The position numbers were made by a program, and so were the translations under genes. A DNA stretch of 55,414 bases from Hyphomicrobiales bacterium (lineage in GTDB: Bacteria; Pseudomonadota; Alphaproteobacteria; Rhizobiales; Rhodomicrobiaceae): the NCBI GenBank assembly GCA_003153975.1, contig PMBZ01000233.1, positions 8,677-64,090 of the forward strand, given 5' to 3'. Numbering within the stretch: position 1 is the first letter of the stretch; every line of letters starts with the position of its first letter. Shown here one piece after another: positions 9,989-20,136 of this stretch. The notes below the pieces were generated by a model. That model was not told where the DNA came from. It searched no databases and saw nothing but the letters and a program-made list of their open reading frames with translations.

Positions 9989-10366
9989 TCACATTGGCAC
10001 TTCGACGGATACCACCTTGGAGAACGGACCATGGTGGATTTCAAGGCAGCCCGGTTGATACTCCGCACAATAGGATTTGGCCAGTCCACTGAAGCTAAAG
10101 GTCGTCTTTTTATTAGCGCGCAGGCCCTGAATTTCCGTTTCAAACAACTCCTGTGTGTATCCAGAAATCAGCGAAACACCTCGCCTGCCCGCCGGTTCGG
10201 CTTCAATACGAAACGCTATGCCAGGCTCGTTCAATTCGTGCATCGCTTTTACAGCTGCGGCGCTACGCACATAGGCGAGATTTGCCTCGCGGGCCGGAAC
10301 AATGGCCAATATTGCGAAAATGCTCGCGCAGCACAGTCCTGCAAGTGTGACGTAAACTCTTCTCAT
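9989..10366 (-). CDS. Small exported hypothetical protein, last gene of the usher operon
   Basis: Hydrophobic N-terminus; AGAGGGA SD; 29 nt after the adhesin stop. Confidence 0.6.
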   Translation of the reverse strand: MRRVYVTLAGLCCASIFAILAIVPAREANLAYVRSAAAVKAMHELNEPGIAFRIEAEPAGRRGVSLISGYTQELFETEIQGLRANKKTTFSFSGLAKSYCAEYQPGCLEIHHGPFSKVVSVEVPM

Positions 10367-10395
10367 GCTCGTTCCCTCTGTTGAACCGTTCTCGC

Positions 10396-11247
10396 TTACA
10401 TGGATGAAAGAATGGCGACGGTAATCACATCGCGATAAATGCCTGCCAGCTTTCCCGATGTATCGCCGATCGTGACCGTGAAGCGGCGCGTCGCTTCTCC
10501 TGGCGCCGTCGAAAAGTTGAGAGCTGTCGGCGCCGTCAGAGCCAAAGGCTGACCGTCAAGGGTCGCCGTGTACGGTATTGTGGACGCGGCGCCTGAGCCT
10601 TCCCGCAAGGTCAAGAAGCCTCGATTGGCAGACTCGAATTCAAGGCGATGATCGTTGTTCGTTCGCGTCTGCAACACCACCGAGGCTTTCTGGCCGGTTT
10701 CGAGGTTCCCAAATTGAACGCTCGTCCTGTGCCCCGAACCAGCCAGGTTGATTTGAAAAACAGGCGGTACCGAACATGTCAGCGGAACGATCCCCTGATC
10801 AACCGGCGCGTTTCCCGCAGTCGTCCCAACAACCGTCAAGTCCAACTCGACACTGGTGGCAAATTCGCCGGACAACGTTGCCTGCCCCCGGAAAACCGTC
10901 AGGATCACAGGCAGTTGCGTCGACTTCCCAGGGTCAAGCGCTGGAGTCGTCAGCGCAAGAGGCGTCGAAGCGCCTTCCGAAACACCCGTGCCCGAAAGGC
11001 TGAAAGAGAGTTTTCCGCCAAACTGCAAGGGATAAAAGCGGGGTGGAACCGATATTTGATACCTGCATGCGAGGGTCCCGGTGTTCTGCACCGTAACCAC
11101 AAGCGTTTGCCGGGCATTGAACGGCTCGAAGGGACTGTAACTGAGAGGAGCCTGCGCTTTAATGTTGGTGATTTTTCCGGCGCAGCCGGCAAACGCCGAA
11201 CCGGCCGTGACGCACACTAGAATGAAAAGAACAAGAAACCTTATCAT
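10396..11247 (-). CDS. Two-domain pilus tip subunit/adhesin (CsuE-like)
   Basis: Signal peptide, Cys pair, C-terminal pilin domain ending SANRGFL...IPY...AGIYRDVITVAI; ATGA overlap with usher stop. Confidence 0.75.
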   Translation of the reverse strand: MIRFLVLFILVCVTAGSAFAGCAGKITNIKAQAPLSYSPFEPFNARQTLVVTVQNTGTLACRYQISVPPRFYPLQFGGKLSFSLSGTGVSEGASTPLALTTPALDPGKSTQLPVILTVFRGQATLSGEFATSVELDLTVVGTTAGNAPVDQGIVPLTCSVPPVFQINLAGSGHRTSVQFGNLETGQKASVVLQTRTNNDHRLEFESANRGFLTLREGSGAASTIPYTATLDGQPLALTAPTALNFSTAPGEATRRFTVTIGDTSGKLAGIYRDVITVAILSSM

Positions 11248-13751
11248 GCCGGGCACCTTTGACTGACATTGCCAGCGTCAAAAAAACCTGTGGCGCCACT
11301 CGGAATCGAAATCTCGAAACAGACCGGCGGTTCGGACAGCAGTTCCAGACGCCAAAGGCCGGGCTTGAGGCCGTCGGCAGAAAACCGTCCCTCGCTGTTG
11401 GTAAAAATGGCCACCTTCCGAAGCTCGCCGTCGCCGGTTTCCCTGGCCAGGCCGCTCAGAAGAGCAAGGGGTTTGCCTTCAGCCTCAACCGTCCCGATAG
11501 CCGTGACACTATAATCCGAGCCGACCTGCAGCACGTGGCCGCTCTTGTAGTTGGGTCTGAGATCGAATAGCCCGGAACCCAAATCGTAACCCTCGGGAGC
11601 GCCATCCACTTGAATCGGCAAGTGGCTCGCGGAATAGGACGGCAGATCGGAGACAAGCGCGTTCCCCAGGAGGCCAGAAACCGCGCGGGCGCCCCTCTCC
11701 CCCGGCGCCACCTGAATCGTCGCGTCCTCGATTGAGGAATGAGGGCTCACGATGGCAAAACTATCCGTGACAGGGTGGCCAACGGCGAAACGGCCATCGG
11801 CGAATGCGATCGCGCCCGCGGCGGACACGGTGCTGACGCTGCCAAGCGTGCCGCCGCCTCGCAGAACTTGCTGGGAATAGCTGGCCCCAACGTCAAACCG
11901 TTGGCCTGAATAGCCCGCGTTGAGCGTGGTCAGGTCTTCCGGTGGCAACCCAGAGGCAGTGGCCGGATCGCTTTCCATCTGCGCCCTGAGGCTATAGGAT
12001 CCGTCCGGAGCTCGGCCCTGCGTTGATACTTCCGCATGGGCTCTTCCGGTCGCCTTGTCGAGGCTGTAGGAAAACTCGCTTTCGCTGCCAAGCTTGACGC
12101 TAACACGGGCGAGCGCGGACCAGTTGGGTCCGTCAGAAAGGTTGTAGGTTTCGGATGCGTATTCGTAAGTGGCCAAAACGCCCACGCTAAGATCGGGGCT
12201 AACGTTCTTTGTTAGCGACGCTCCTCCACCCAAACCTGGCGCTCGGCCTGCTGCGGCATTGGCCGACAGAGCCAGCGAGTAATCGTCCGGAAGCCGCACG
12301 GAATAGAAGCCGTTGATAGAATAAGCGCCTGCCCTCGCGGCTGAGGCGAGAATAGGGCTGAACCCGGCGCTGCGAATATTGAGCGCGACCTGCGCCATGC
12401 CTGGAAGCTCGAAGGCTTTGAGCAGCGCCTCCGGCGTGTAGGTGAAGGCCGCGGCGAACCCAGGAATGCCGTCCCATCTCATACTCGCCGCCGCCTCAAC
12501 GGAAACGAGACCCAAAGAGGTCTGAGTGGTGCCCGTCGCCCCGCCCATCACGGCGCCCCTGTCGGCTTGCAGATGAGCCATGCCGGTGACGTTTTCGGTG
12601 AGACCGGCGCGATAATAGGCCGTCGCGGCGGGGTGCAACCAATCGTAATAGAGGCCGCCAAGCTCCGGAGTGCTGACGAAACCCGCCGCTGCGCCCCATT
12701 CGCTGATGCCGGGTGCCAGCAGCGTGTGATCGAAGAATACCCGGAATTCCAGGGTGCTATGCCGGCCCGTATCGTCCGTGATTTCCAGCTTAAGAACATT
12801 TTCCCCCGGGCGCAGGGGAAGTTCGCTGACATCGTGATCCCCTGGGGGCATTTGCAGCCGGCGAATAAGCTGGCCGTTGACGATAACGTCGACATTCGAG
12901 TGGCGTTCCAGACGGAATGAGCGTTCGCCAATGGGACGGATGTTTTTCTGCGGTTGGAGTTTGGCGTAGGACTTCTCAACGGCGATCCCCAGAAACCCGC
13001 TCGCCCCTTGCAATCCCACATAGGTGGGGTTCACATCGCCCAGCGTATATCGCAGAGCTCTGTCCGGCTCATCGTAAATGGCGCGTGTGCCTTGACGCGC
13101 GACCGTTCCATTCGCGTAGGCGGCTTCGTTCTCGATCACGACATTCAGGACGCGCACAGCCGCAGTGGTCCCAAGCGCTTCCGTCATGAAGGCCTTGCCG
13201 CCCATGCTTTCGCCGGTGCGCTGGACCGACCCGTGGATATTCACATAGCCGCTCAGCGCCGATTGCTTCGCATAGCGATCCGGAATCACGGTTTCATCGT
13301 TGCCTGACAAGTTAATGTGGCTCTTCGGACGCTGTTCGACGGCCGGACTGATCGAAATCGTCATGTCGCTTTGGTCGAATTCAAGAACAAGACCCATCTT
13401 TTTTAGAGCGGCAAGCGTGACAAAGCTGGCTTCCGCCGGCAATCTCCGCACCTCTTCGGCAACTTCAACCCGGAGAATTGGAGCTGCTGCTTTCAAGAAG
13501 TCCTCGCGCTCTATAGCCTGGGGAGCTTCGCCCACCAGACGCGTGCAGACTTCGCCGAGGTAAAATTTTCCATCTTTGAGCGCGAGGTTGATCATCGCCG
13601 CATTTGCGCCGGATGAGGCCGCACCCTTGGCAACCACGCTTACGGCTTCTTCTCCCGTGGCGGCGGCCCAAGCGCTCGGGACGCTTTGAGAAAGCATAAT
13701 AAGCCCCACAAACAGTTGGAAGACGTGCATCTCCAACCTGCTCTTTGACAA
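11244..13751 (-). CDS. Fimbrial outer-membrane usher protein
   Basis: 835 aa; RYTLGD, GIAVEK, V.VNGQL...PPG.HD..ELPL..G.N, YYRAGLTENVT, C-terminal FTNSEGRF..DGLKPG. Confidence 0.9.
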   Translation of the reverse strand: MSKSRLEMHVFQLFVGLIMLSQSVPSAWAAATGEEAVSVVAKGAASSGANAAMINLALKDGKFYLGEVCTRLVGEAPQAIEREDFLKAAAPILRVEVAEEVRRLPAEASFVTLAALKKMGLVLEFDQSDMTISISPAVEQRPKSHINLSGNDETVIPDRYAKQSALSGYVNIHGSVQRTGESMGGKAFMTEALGTTAAVRVLNVVIENEAAYANGTVARQGTRAIYDEPDRALRYTLGDVNPTYVGLQGASGFLGIAVEKSYAKLQPQKNIRPIGERSFRLERHSNVDVIVNGQLIRRLQMPPGDHDVSELPLRPGENVLKLEITDDTGRHSTLEFRVFFDHTLLAPGISEWGAAAGFVSTPELGGLYYDWLHPAATAYYRAGLTENVTGMAHLQADRGAVMGGATGTTQTSLGLVSVEAAASMRWDGIPGFAAAFTYTPEALLKAFELPGMAQVALNIRSAGFSPILASAARAGAYSINGFYSVRLPDDYSLALSANAAAGRAPGLGGGASLTKNVSPDLSVGVLATYEYASETYNLSDGPNWSALARVSVKLGSESEFSYSLDKATGRAHAEVSTQGRAPDGSYSLRAQMESDPATASGLPPEDLTTLNAGYSGQRFDVGASYSQQVLRGGGTLGSVSTVSAAGAIAFADGRFAVGHPVTDSFAIVSPHSSIEDATIQVAPGERGARAVSGLLGNALVSDLPSYSASHLPIQVDGAPEGYDLGSGLFDLRPNYKSGHVLQVGSDYSVTAIGTVEAEGKPLALLSGLARETGDGELRKVAIFTNSEGRFSADGLKPGLWRLELLSEPPVCFEISIPSGATGFFDAGNVSQRCPA

Positions 13752-13781
13752 AATTCGAATTGTTGCCCTGGAATACGGAGG

Positions 13782-14516
13782 TTAGTGGAACGCCCCGCTG
13801 TACGATATACTTGCGTTCAAGCTGCTTACTTCGGATGGTAACTCCAGCGGAAGAGTGAAGCGACGCTTCTTGTCGGGTTGAACCGTTCCCACTCCGATCG
13901 ATTTTTGTATATCCATGGGAAGCAACGTGCGTTTCCAAGAGCCAGAGCTTAACGTGATCGTGGCATCGCCAAGAAAGGCATGAACATTGCCTGAATTGCC
14001 GACCGAAAGGCTGGCGTAGCGCTTTCCGTTAACCGCCGTCACCGAACTCGAAAGCACATCGAGCGTGCGCGTCCCGGAAGGCGGCGCGACGTAAACAAGA
14101 ACTTGAAACTGAAAGTCGAGTTGCACACCCGATTGGGCATCCGGCAATTTCACATGCGGCTGCAAAACAAGAAAGGAGTAACTCTGGCTTTTCAAGAGTG
14201 GCGCGCCTGCCCATTGGATCTTGAAGACTTGCTTGCCATGCGGAGGTATCAAACGCATCGGCGGGACAACGACGAAATCAACTTTAGCGGGCGTGCTGTG
14301 CTGTCCCCCGTTTTCATCGAGTTCAACGCGCTCTATGGACAGCTCGACGGGAATATCTGTGGCGCTGTCATTGTTGACGACGATTTGAGCGGTCCGGCCC
14401 TCGCCTCCCGAGCGGAGTTCAAGCACAAGCGGCGTAACTCCCAAAGCTGCGGCGCGTTGCGCTGCGGCCGTCAGAAATACAAGAGAGGCGAAGACAATAA
14501 TGACCGGAGTACGCAT
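13782..14516 (-). CDS. Periplasmic pilus chaperone (PapD/CsuC-like)
   Basis: Signal peptide; VTPLVLEL, FVVVPP..LIPP.GKQV, V.NSGNVH. Confidence 0.9.
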   Translation of the reverse strand: MRTPVIIVFASLVFLTAAAQRAAALGVTPLVLELRSGGEGRTAQIVVNNDSATDIPVELSIERVELDENGGQHSTPAKVDFVVVPPMRLIPPHGKQVFKIQWAGAPLLKSQSYSFLVLQPHVKLPDAQSGVQLDFQFQVLVYVAPPSGTRTLDVLSSSVTAVNGKRYASLSVGNSGNVHAFLGDATITLSSGSWKRTLLPMDIQKSIGVGTVQPDKKRRFTLPLELPSEVSSLNASISYSGAFH

Positions 14517-14600
14517 TTCTCTATTTCCCGAACGTTTCCGCCCGGAACCCCCGACGAGTACAAAACTGGATAGGCACTTTGGATGACAGATACGACCGGC

Positions 14601-15200
14601 TTACATCTGGGCTCCGATCTTGATGAGGATCGTATCCTGATATGTGCCTTGAGGAACCGGCAATGTGCTACCTGCCACCGCAAAGTGGAGTTCCAGGTTG
14701 CCGGAAATCGCGCCATTGGTTTGGGTAGAGGCAAGCACGGCGCTCCCCTTCGAAGCGTTGTTGGTATCGAGCATGAGACTAACAGGTCCCCAAACCGCCT
14801 GGATGGTATAGGGCACGTTCTGCAAAAATGCTCCGGCGCTGGCCACGGAACCCGCGTCGGTCGACACAAGGCCGCCGTTTGTGCTTTTAATCGAGAGCGT
14901 CGCGTTGTAATTGCAAAGCGTGCTCGGATATTGAAGCGAAAGGTTTGAAGCAACGACGCGCGCATTGCTCGAGTCAATGAATTGCGTGATGTTGACGGCA
15001 TTGCCGGCGAACGTCGCGTTTGTGGCGCTGCCCGTGGCTTGCGGCGATGGCAAGGCACAGACCTTGGGAGCCTGTCCGGTGACCGTGAACTGCGCCGAGG
15101 CGGAGCCGGGGCCGTCGCCGTCCGCCTGAACCCCCGCGGAAAACAGCGCGGTGGATGCAAGAGCTGGCAAACTGACAAGTAAAAGTCGCAGACGTGTCAT
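14601..15200 (-). CDS. Archaic pilin subunit (candidate major subunit)
   Basis: First gene of the operon; KVC...LCN...STNGGL...VPY...QGTYQDTILIKI. Confidence 0.8.
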   Translation of the reverse strand: MTRLRLLLVSLPALASTALFSAGVQADGDGPGSASAQFTVTGQAPKVCALPSPQATGSATNATFAGNAVNITQFIDSSNARVVASNLSLQYPSTLCNYNATLSIKSTNGGLVSTDAGSVASAGAFLQNVPYTIQAVWGPVSLMLDTNNASKGSAVLASTQTNGAISGNLELHFAVAGSTLPVPQGTYQDTILIKIGAQM

Positions 15201-15916
15201 GGCTTCATATGCCTTCTTTGTTATAAGTGGGGCGACAACGTAACCGTAAGGGTATCTATATAGATACCGGCGATAAGAGGCAGATGGTTCGCTTAGACCT
15301 CAAGGATCAAAACCGGAAAAGCCAGGACGCCATGGCAGCGCGCTTTCAGCGCCGCTTCCTCCCGCTATTCCGGAAGTCCGCAACCGTGCCAAAGCGACGC
15401 CTCGATTGGCATGCGCGGCGCAATCTCCCCGTTTCGTGAAGGCCGACCAGGCAATTTCAAGCACGGATTGAGCGCTCAAACCGCCATTGCCTCTCTCGAT
15501 GCGAATTGTTTTGGCGCAATCGCGCATCGTATTCGTCGCCAACGAATTCGATGCCCGTCTGAGGGCAGCTGTCCTGCGGTAGAGCCGTGATGAAATGGTG
15601 ATGAAGCGGGTGGCTTCGGAACCAGCGGCGAGCGACATAATGCCAACCCACACGCTTCTCATCGCCTCAAGGACGTACTCTCCCTGTGCGCAGTTCTCAA
15701 TGCAAAGGGTTTGCGCGCGCCTTCCTCTCGCGCCGGCAGCTCCGGTTGGAAGCCCCCTAATCACGCACGCAGTGCTAAACTCGGCCGCGCAACGCATCAC
15801 AACACCACACATTACCACACATTCTTAACAGTATGATGAAAGTGCATCGCCAACCGAGAGATGTCAACGTTTTGGCCGCAATCATCCTCAATTTTTACGT
15901 GCATTTCCACAACCGG

Positions 15917-16447
15917 CTAAAATTCGGGCCCGACCTTCAGGCGCAAGGTATCCTGGAAGGAACCCGCCAGAAGCATATTTCCTGAAAAATCCCACGAAAC
16001 TCTGAGCGTTGCATTTTGGCTGGAAGGGGCGGCGATGTTCGCGCCTGCAAGACCTGCGCAAGACGTCAAGGGGCCAATCATGCCGTCACTCTGACATCCG
16101 CTGTCTTGTGAGATGCGCGCTCCTCCGAGATAGAGAGAAACAGTGTAGGGAATTTTCGCGAGAAAATGCCGGTGCGCATGAGCGCCCTCTTGTACCAATC
16201 CACCGTTTCGGGACGACAATTTGAAATGGAAATCCGCGTTGCAGGTGAGAGAAAAAGCGACGGAAGCGGTTCCCTTCGGTTGCAGCGGACCCAGATCGAC
16301 GCCGGCGTTCGGATTGCTCAAAACGCATTTTGGTGAAATCTTGCCGGCAAGCGCTACCGAAACCTTCTTTTCATGTGCCGCCGCATTTGAGCCAATTAAA
16401 AACAAAATCGCCGCAACTCCGATAACTCGACATACGCCTGCGTCCAT
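15917..16447 (-). CDS. Archaic pilin-like subunit
   Basis: PKC...TCN...SRNGGL...IPY...AGSFQDTLRLKV; signal peptide. Confidence 0.75.
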   Translation of the reverse strand: MDAGVCRVIGVAAILFLIGSNAAAHEKKVSVALAGKISPKCVLSNPNAGVDLGPLQPKGTASVAFSLTCNADFHFKLSSRNGGLVQEGAHAHRHFLAKIPYTVSLYLGGARISQDSGCQSDGMIGPLTSCAGLAGANIAAPSSQNATLRVSWDFSGNMLLAGSFQDTLRLKVGPEF

Positions 16448-17090
16448 GCCGATACCCGTGTTTGGACCTAACCCCGGCTTCCGTTTCCCGCTTTCCAAGC
16501 CGAACACAAGCCACCTTCCACTCTGCGGCGCCATTCTCGTTAATTGCAATCAATATCGCAAATCACTTTCGCTGCCGTCGCGGGCACCAGATGCGTCTGG
16601 CACGAGCTTGGCGATGCGCATTCATTTTATCCCCACTTTTTAGCCCTAATTCGGTCATTTTTTGCAGTGGCCTTTTCTGGCGTTGTCGCAATGACTTATG
16701 TGCCACGACCGCGTGGTCGTTGGCCGGACTATGGCTAAATCATGTCATGCTTTGTGTTGTCAAATTTGAAAAACTGCCCTACCAAAGTGGCAGTAGCGTA
16801 ATAGTAGGAGTGTTAGAAATGCTCAAAGGAGAGAAACGCCCTCGGTCCTCCACGGGCAAATGCCTGCTATCCGCGCTGCCGCAGCCGCGAATGGACCTAA
16901 CACCGGGCATGCGCAATCGCAGGCCGGCTCTTTCGCGTAGTTTCCCGGCACCAGACACTCACATCGTATGCGCGGTCGAGTCAAAACCGGTTTGCAAACG
17001 GTAAAACGTCTAGAAGTTGCCACCATCATTTTAAAGCGGGCTTGTCCGTTATTGCGGACAAGGAGCCCCTCTCATGCCAAGGAGGCGGAT

Positions 17091-17642
17091 ATGACTGCTC
17101 GCGACACAGATTTGCCGAACAATATCCTTTTGCCAAAGTCACTTTCCAGCCATACGCGTGAAGAGCGCCTGGCCGCTGCGAAATCGTGGGTTAAAACTGC
17201 TGAGCAAGCCGGTTTGAGGCCTCTCATGGTTCAGCGATCGCTCGTGAGCGAGGATGCAGGCGAATGGCATTTGTCTTACGCGGCACATGGCGGATCATTT
17301 GACCGACTTTTCCCGCTCCCCGATGAGCTTTGGGATGAGGTCTTTTTAATCCTGGAGGAGAGAGGCAATACTGTTCCCGACTCGGAGCTAAAATGCTGGC
17401 ACGGAGCGGTCTTTCTCGACGATACCGGTCGCCGCGCCGTTGCTCTTAGGCTAAGATTGGCCCGGCGCAGTCTCAACCTGAGCGTAACAAGCTTTTACGC
17501 GCCGATTCAACGCAACTCTATTACCGTCTCTCGCGACGCTTCCTTTTCGGAGGAGGAATTGAGCCGGCTCTGCGATTGCCACGGCATTCCCGAGGAATGG
17601 CTGACAACTGGCACGCCCGCTGAAATCGAATTGCCTGTCTGA
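17091..17642 (+). CDS. Hypothetical protein with C-terminal XRE-like HTH remnant
   Basis: AGGAGG SD; RLRLARRSLNLSV...LSRLCDCHGIPEEWLTTG resembles HTH_3. Confidence 0.55.
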   Translation: MTARDTDLPNNILLPKSLSSHTREERLAAAKSWVKTAEQAGLRPLMVQRSLVSEDAGEWHLSYAAHGGSFDRLFPLPDELWDEVFLILEERGNTVPDSELKCWHGAVFLDDTGRRAVALRLRLARRSLNLSVTSFYAPIQRNSITVSRDASFSEEELSRLCDCHGIPEEWLTTGTPAEIELPV

Positions 17643-17749
17643 AGATAGACATGAGGAGCGAGACCGGACGCTATCGTTCCGCAAGATCGCTCCTCAATCG
17701 CAAGCTCTAGTCCTCTCAAGTGAGAGCCGTCCGAAGGCCGGTGAGACAC

Positions 17750-18019
17750 CTATCCGATCGAGTGCAGGTAAATGACGTTCCCGGCCGGCTCGGCTGAATC
17801 GTGGCCAAGTGTCCTGGCTTTCAGCTTTGCCAGGATCCGCGGACTGGAAGCGACGGCTTCAAGAATAAGAACCAATTGCCCCCTGAGTGCATCGTCATCA
17901 ATTTTGGCGAAGGCCGCCATCAGTGCCCGCCTTTGCGCTTTCCTCCCCTGCCGCAGGGTGTTTCCAAAGCGTTGCGACAATTGCCGCAGATTATCGCCGT
18001 CCATCATACTCATACTCAT
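17750..18019 (-). CDS. Small protein resembling the C-terminal domain of alphaproteobacterial XRE regulators
   Basis: LMAAFAKIDDDALRGQLVLILEAVA; GGAG SD. Confidence 0.55.
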   Translation of the reverse strand: MSMSMMDGDNLRQLSQRFGNTLRQGRKAQRRALMAAFAKIDDDALRGQLVLILEAVASSPRILAKLKARTLGHDSAEPAGNVIYLHSIG

Positions 18020-18240
18020 ACTTTAACTCCGCGCTGCCTTGGTACGCAGCTAACTGGTGGATGGGTTCGATGCCTGGATCAACCTCAACGCTTCAGCCCA
18101 TGCCGAATGAGGCCTCTCCCATCGAGCTATACTCTTTTAATGCGGCGCTGAAAACGAGCGGCAATCGATATGCACAGAGCAACCGTAGCGCGGTGTTGCC
18201 GCGCAGTCACAACCGCCGACAAGTAAGAACATTTCTTCGG

Positions 18241-18918
18241 TCAGCTTGGGAATGCGGTATTTGTGGACCGGGCAGGTGCGACGACCTCCGCGGCGGGAGG
18301 TGGCGGGCTTGGCAAGCCACGACTTTCCGTGACGGAGGTTGTATCGATCCCAAGCCCTGCGATGCGCCATCGCTCGCCAATCCAGACGAAAGCCAAATCG
18401 TAGCGAATGCGCAGGGACCGAGCCAAGAACTCGCCGCTCAAACGCAACCCGCCAGCATCGAACTCTGGGGCTCCGCCGGGCGAAGATGGCATCGACAAAA
18501 CAAGAGTGCTGAGGTCCGCCCCCAAGCCGCGAAGTCGAGCGAATATCGCTGTGAGCCGCGCTTGATCGAAGCTTTCTCGGAAAGCCGGCGTTCCGAGATC
18601 GCGCAGCACGGAATAGTTTCCCGTCTGATTGGCATGTTGGATCGCCATGATCGTGGATTTTGTCAGGGCCGCCGCGCCTTCTGCATCGATGGCCGGAAGC
18701 GTTCCGCGCGCCATCCCGCCCGATTCAGTTCTCGCTTTGGTTGTGACGACGCCGTGGGACTGGTTATTGCCCAGACTGATAACGCCGAAGCTAATCGCTA
18801 TGCCGAGGCATATCCCCGCCGCAACGTATCCCACAGGAATGGTGGGGGAATTCTCTGATTTCACCGGAAGGGCACCGAGCCCAAAAAATACCCTGGCCAT
18901 GCCTAACAACCACCACAA
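18241..18918 (-). CDS. Conserved hypothetical membrane-anchored/exported protein
   Basis: TM segment then STIMAIQHANQTGNYSVLRDLGTPAF...YDLAF....ERWRIAGL. Confidence 0.7.
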   Translation of the reverse strand: MWWLLGMARVFFGLGALPVKSENSPTIPVGYVAAGICLGIAISFGVISLGNNQSHGVVTTKARTESGGMARGTLPAIDAEGAAALTKSTIMAIQHANQTGNYSVLRDLGTPAFRESFDQARLTAIFARLRGLGADLSTLVLSMPSSPGGAPEFDAGGLRLSGEFLARSLRIRYDLAFVWIGERWRIAGLGIDTTSVTESRGLPSPPPPAAEVVAPARSTNTAFPS

Positions 18919-20136
18919 CTATACGTTGCGCTAGATCTATATGCGATCAATGCGCTTGTAAAGTGAAGTCCGTTCGCGGTCGCTTTGGCGATCGTCACAA
19001 ACCGTGGAAAACGCGCTGCGGATGAGTTGCTCGGCGTGCGCCCTCTTCCGGAAGGCAAGACTCCGGATTTGTCAGTGCCTCCGTAGTAGCTGCCGTCCTC
19101 ATGGCCGATTATCACACGGCAACCGTCCATGCAGCACGCAACGGTTGCTTAACTTTCGAAGCTGAAACCGCGTGAATGCACCCTGCCCGGTGCCGGTTCG
19201 CCAGCGCGATCAGGGCATAACCGCGGCTGAGTGCGGGGAGGCAGCCTTCAGCGTCGCGAAACTGAGGCCTCGACGGCCGTATTCAGGGGCTGCTCGACAG
19301 GGAAGCGGCGCCATTGGTTATCAACGGCGCCGTCCCAGAGTTCCGTGTAAGGGGGTATATGGTAATAGTGGATCATCTATGCAGATAACTCCCCTGCTAC
19401 CAGATGTGGTGGTTTGACGTCGAACCTCCTGGCTGTGCGAAAAACTCTTGTGCTACGCTGACTTGGACGATCTCCGCCGCCTCGCGTGTGTCAAAACCTA
19501 CGCCCAATATGTAGTAGGTACGGGAGTCATCTGCATAGCCATGTAGTGGATATTCTGCACTGACAACGCACGGCGATGAATGGCAGTCCACCTCGTCGCG
19601 CAGCGTTTGCTCCCGCCATCGCCGCACATGCCCGGATCTTAGTTGGAGAGGCTCCCGCCGAGCGGGGTAGCTTTCAGCGGGAGCTTTTCTAGTTCGACGG
19701 GTCCATACAGCATTTTTCCCCAGCTGACTGCTTCCAGACCGCAATGACCGCAGGTGGCCCAAGTTTCTATTTTTCGCCCCTGCAGCAATTCCTCCAACTA
19801 CCAGGGGGACAAGCGGGCTTTTCCAAATCATGTGTGAGCACGGCCAATCGCGCCGGACAACGGACGATGTCTGCTGCCCGAAGTAGTGCTGTCCTATAAA
19901 CTTGCGAATTGCTCCGCCCTTGACAGGAAGGAGCTCGGATGTCGGCTAACTCGGCATGGCGGCGGTGGGCACCATGCCTTCGCTGATCGTCAGGATGTCC
20001 GAGTCGGGTCATCCTCGTCGGTTCGAATTTCGCGAACGTCGGGACTACCCAGTAAGCAGACTCGCGGAAAGCATAAGAGTGAAACGCCAAACTGACGGTT
20101 ACCGTAATCCCGCTGCCTGGCAGATGTTCCGTTCGC

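Noticed and set aside
6853-16447. Invertase-driven phase variation of the pilus locus
   Set aside because: No second, inverted recombination site found; the three-subsite layout fits a resolvase
16598-16613. Sigma54-like TGGCAC-N5-TGGC
   Set aside because: Mismatch at the -12 element and points away from the pilin genes; unsupported
19320-20130. Possible terL or other gene downstream of terS
   Set aside because: Only broken ORFs with no Walker A or nuclease motif; cannot assign
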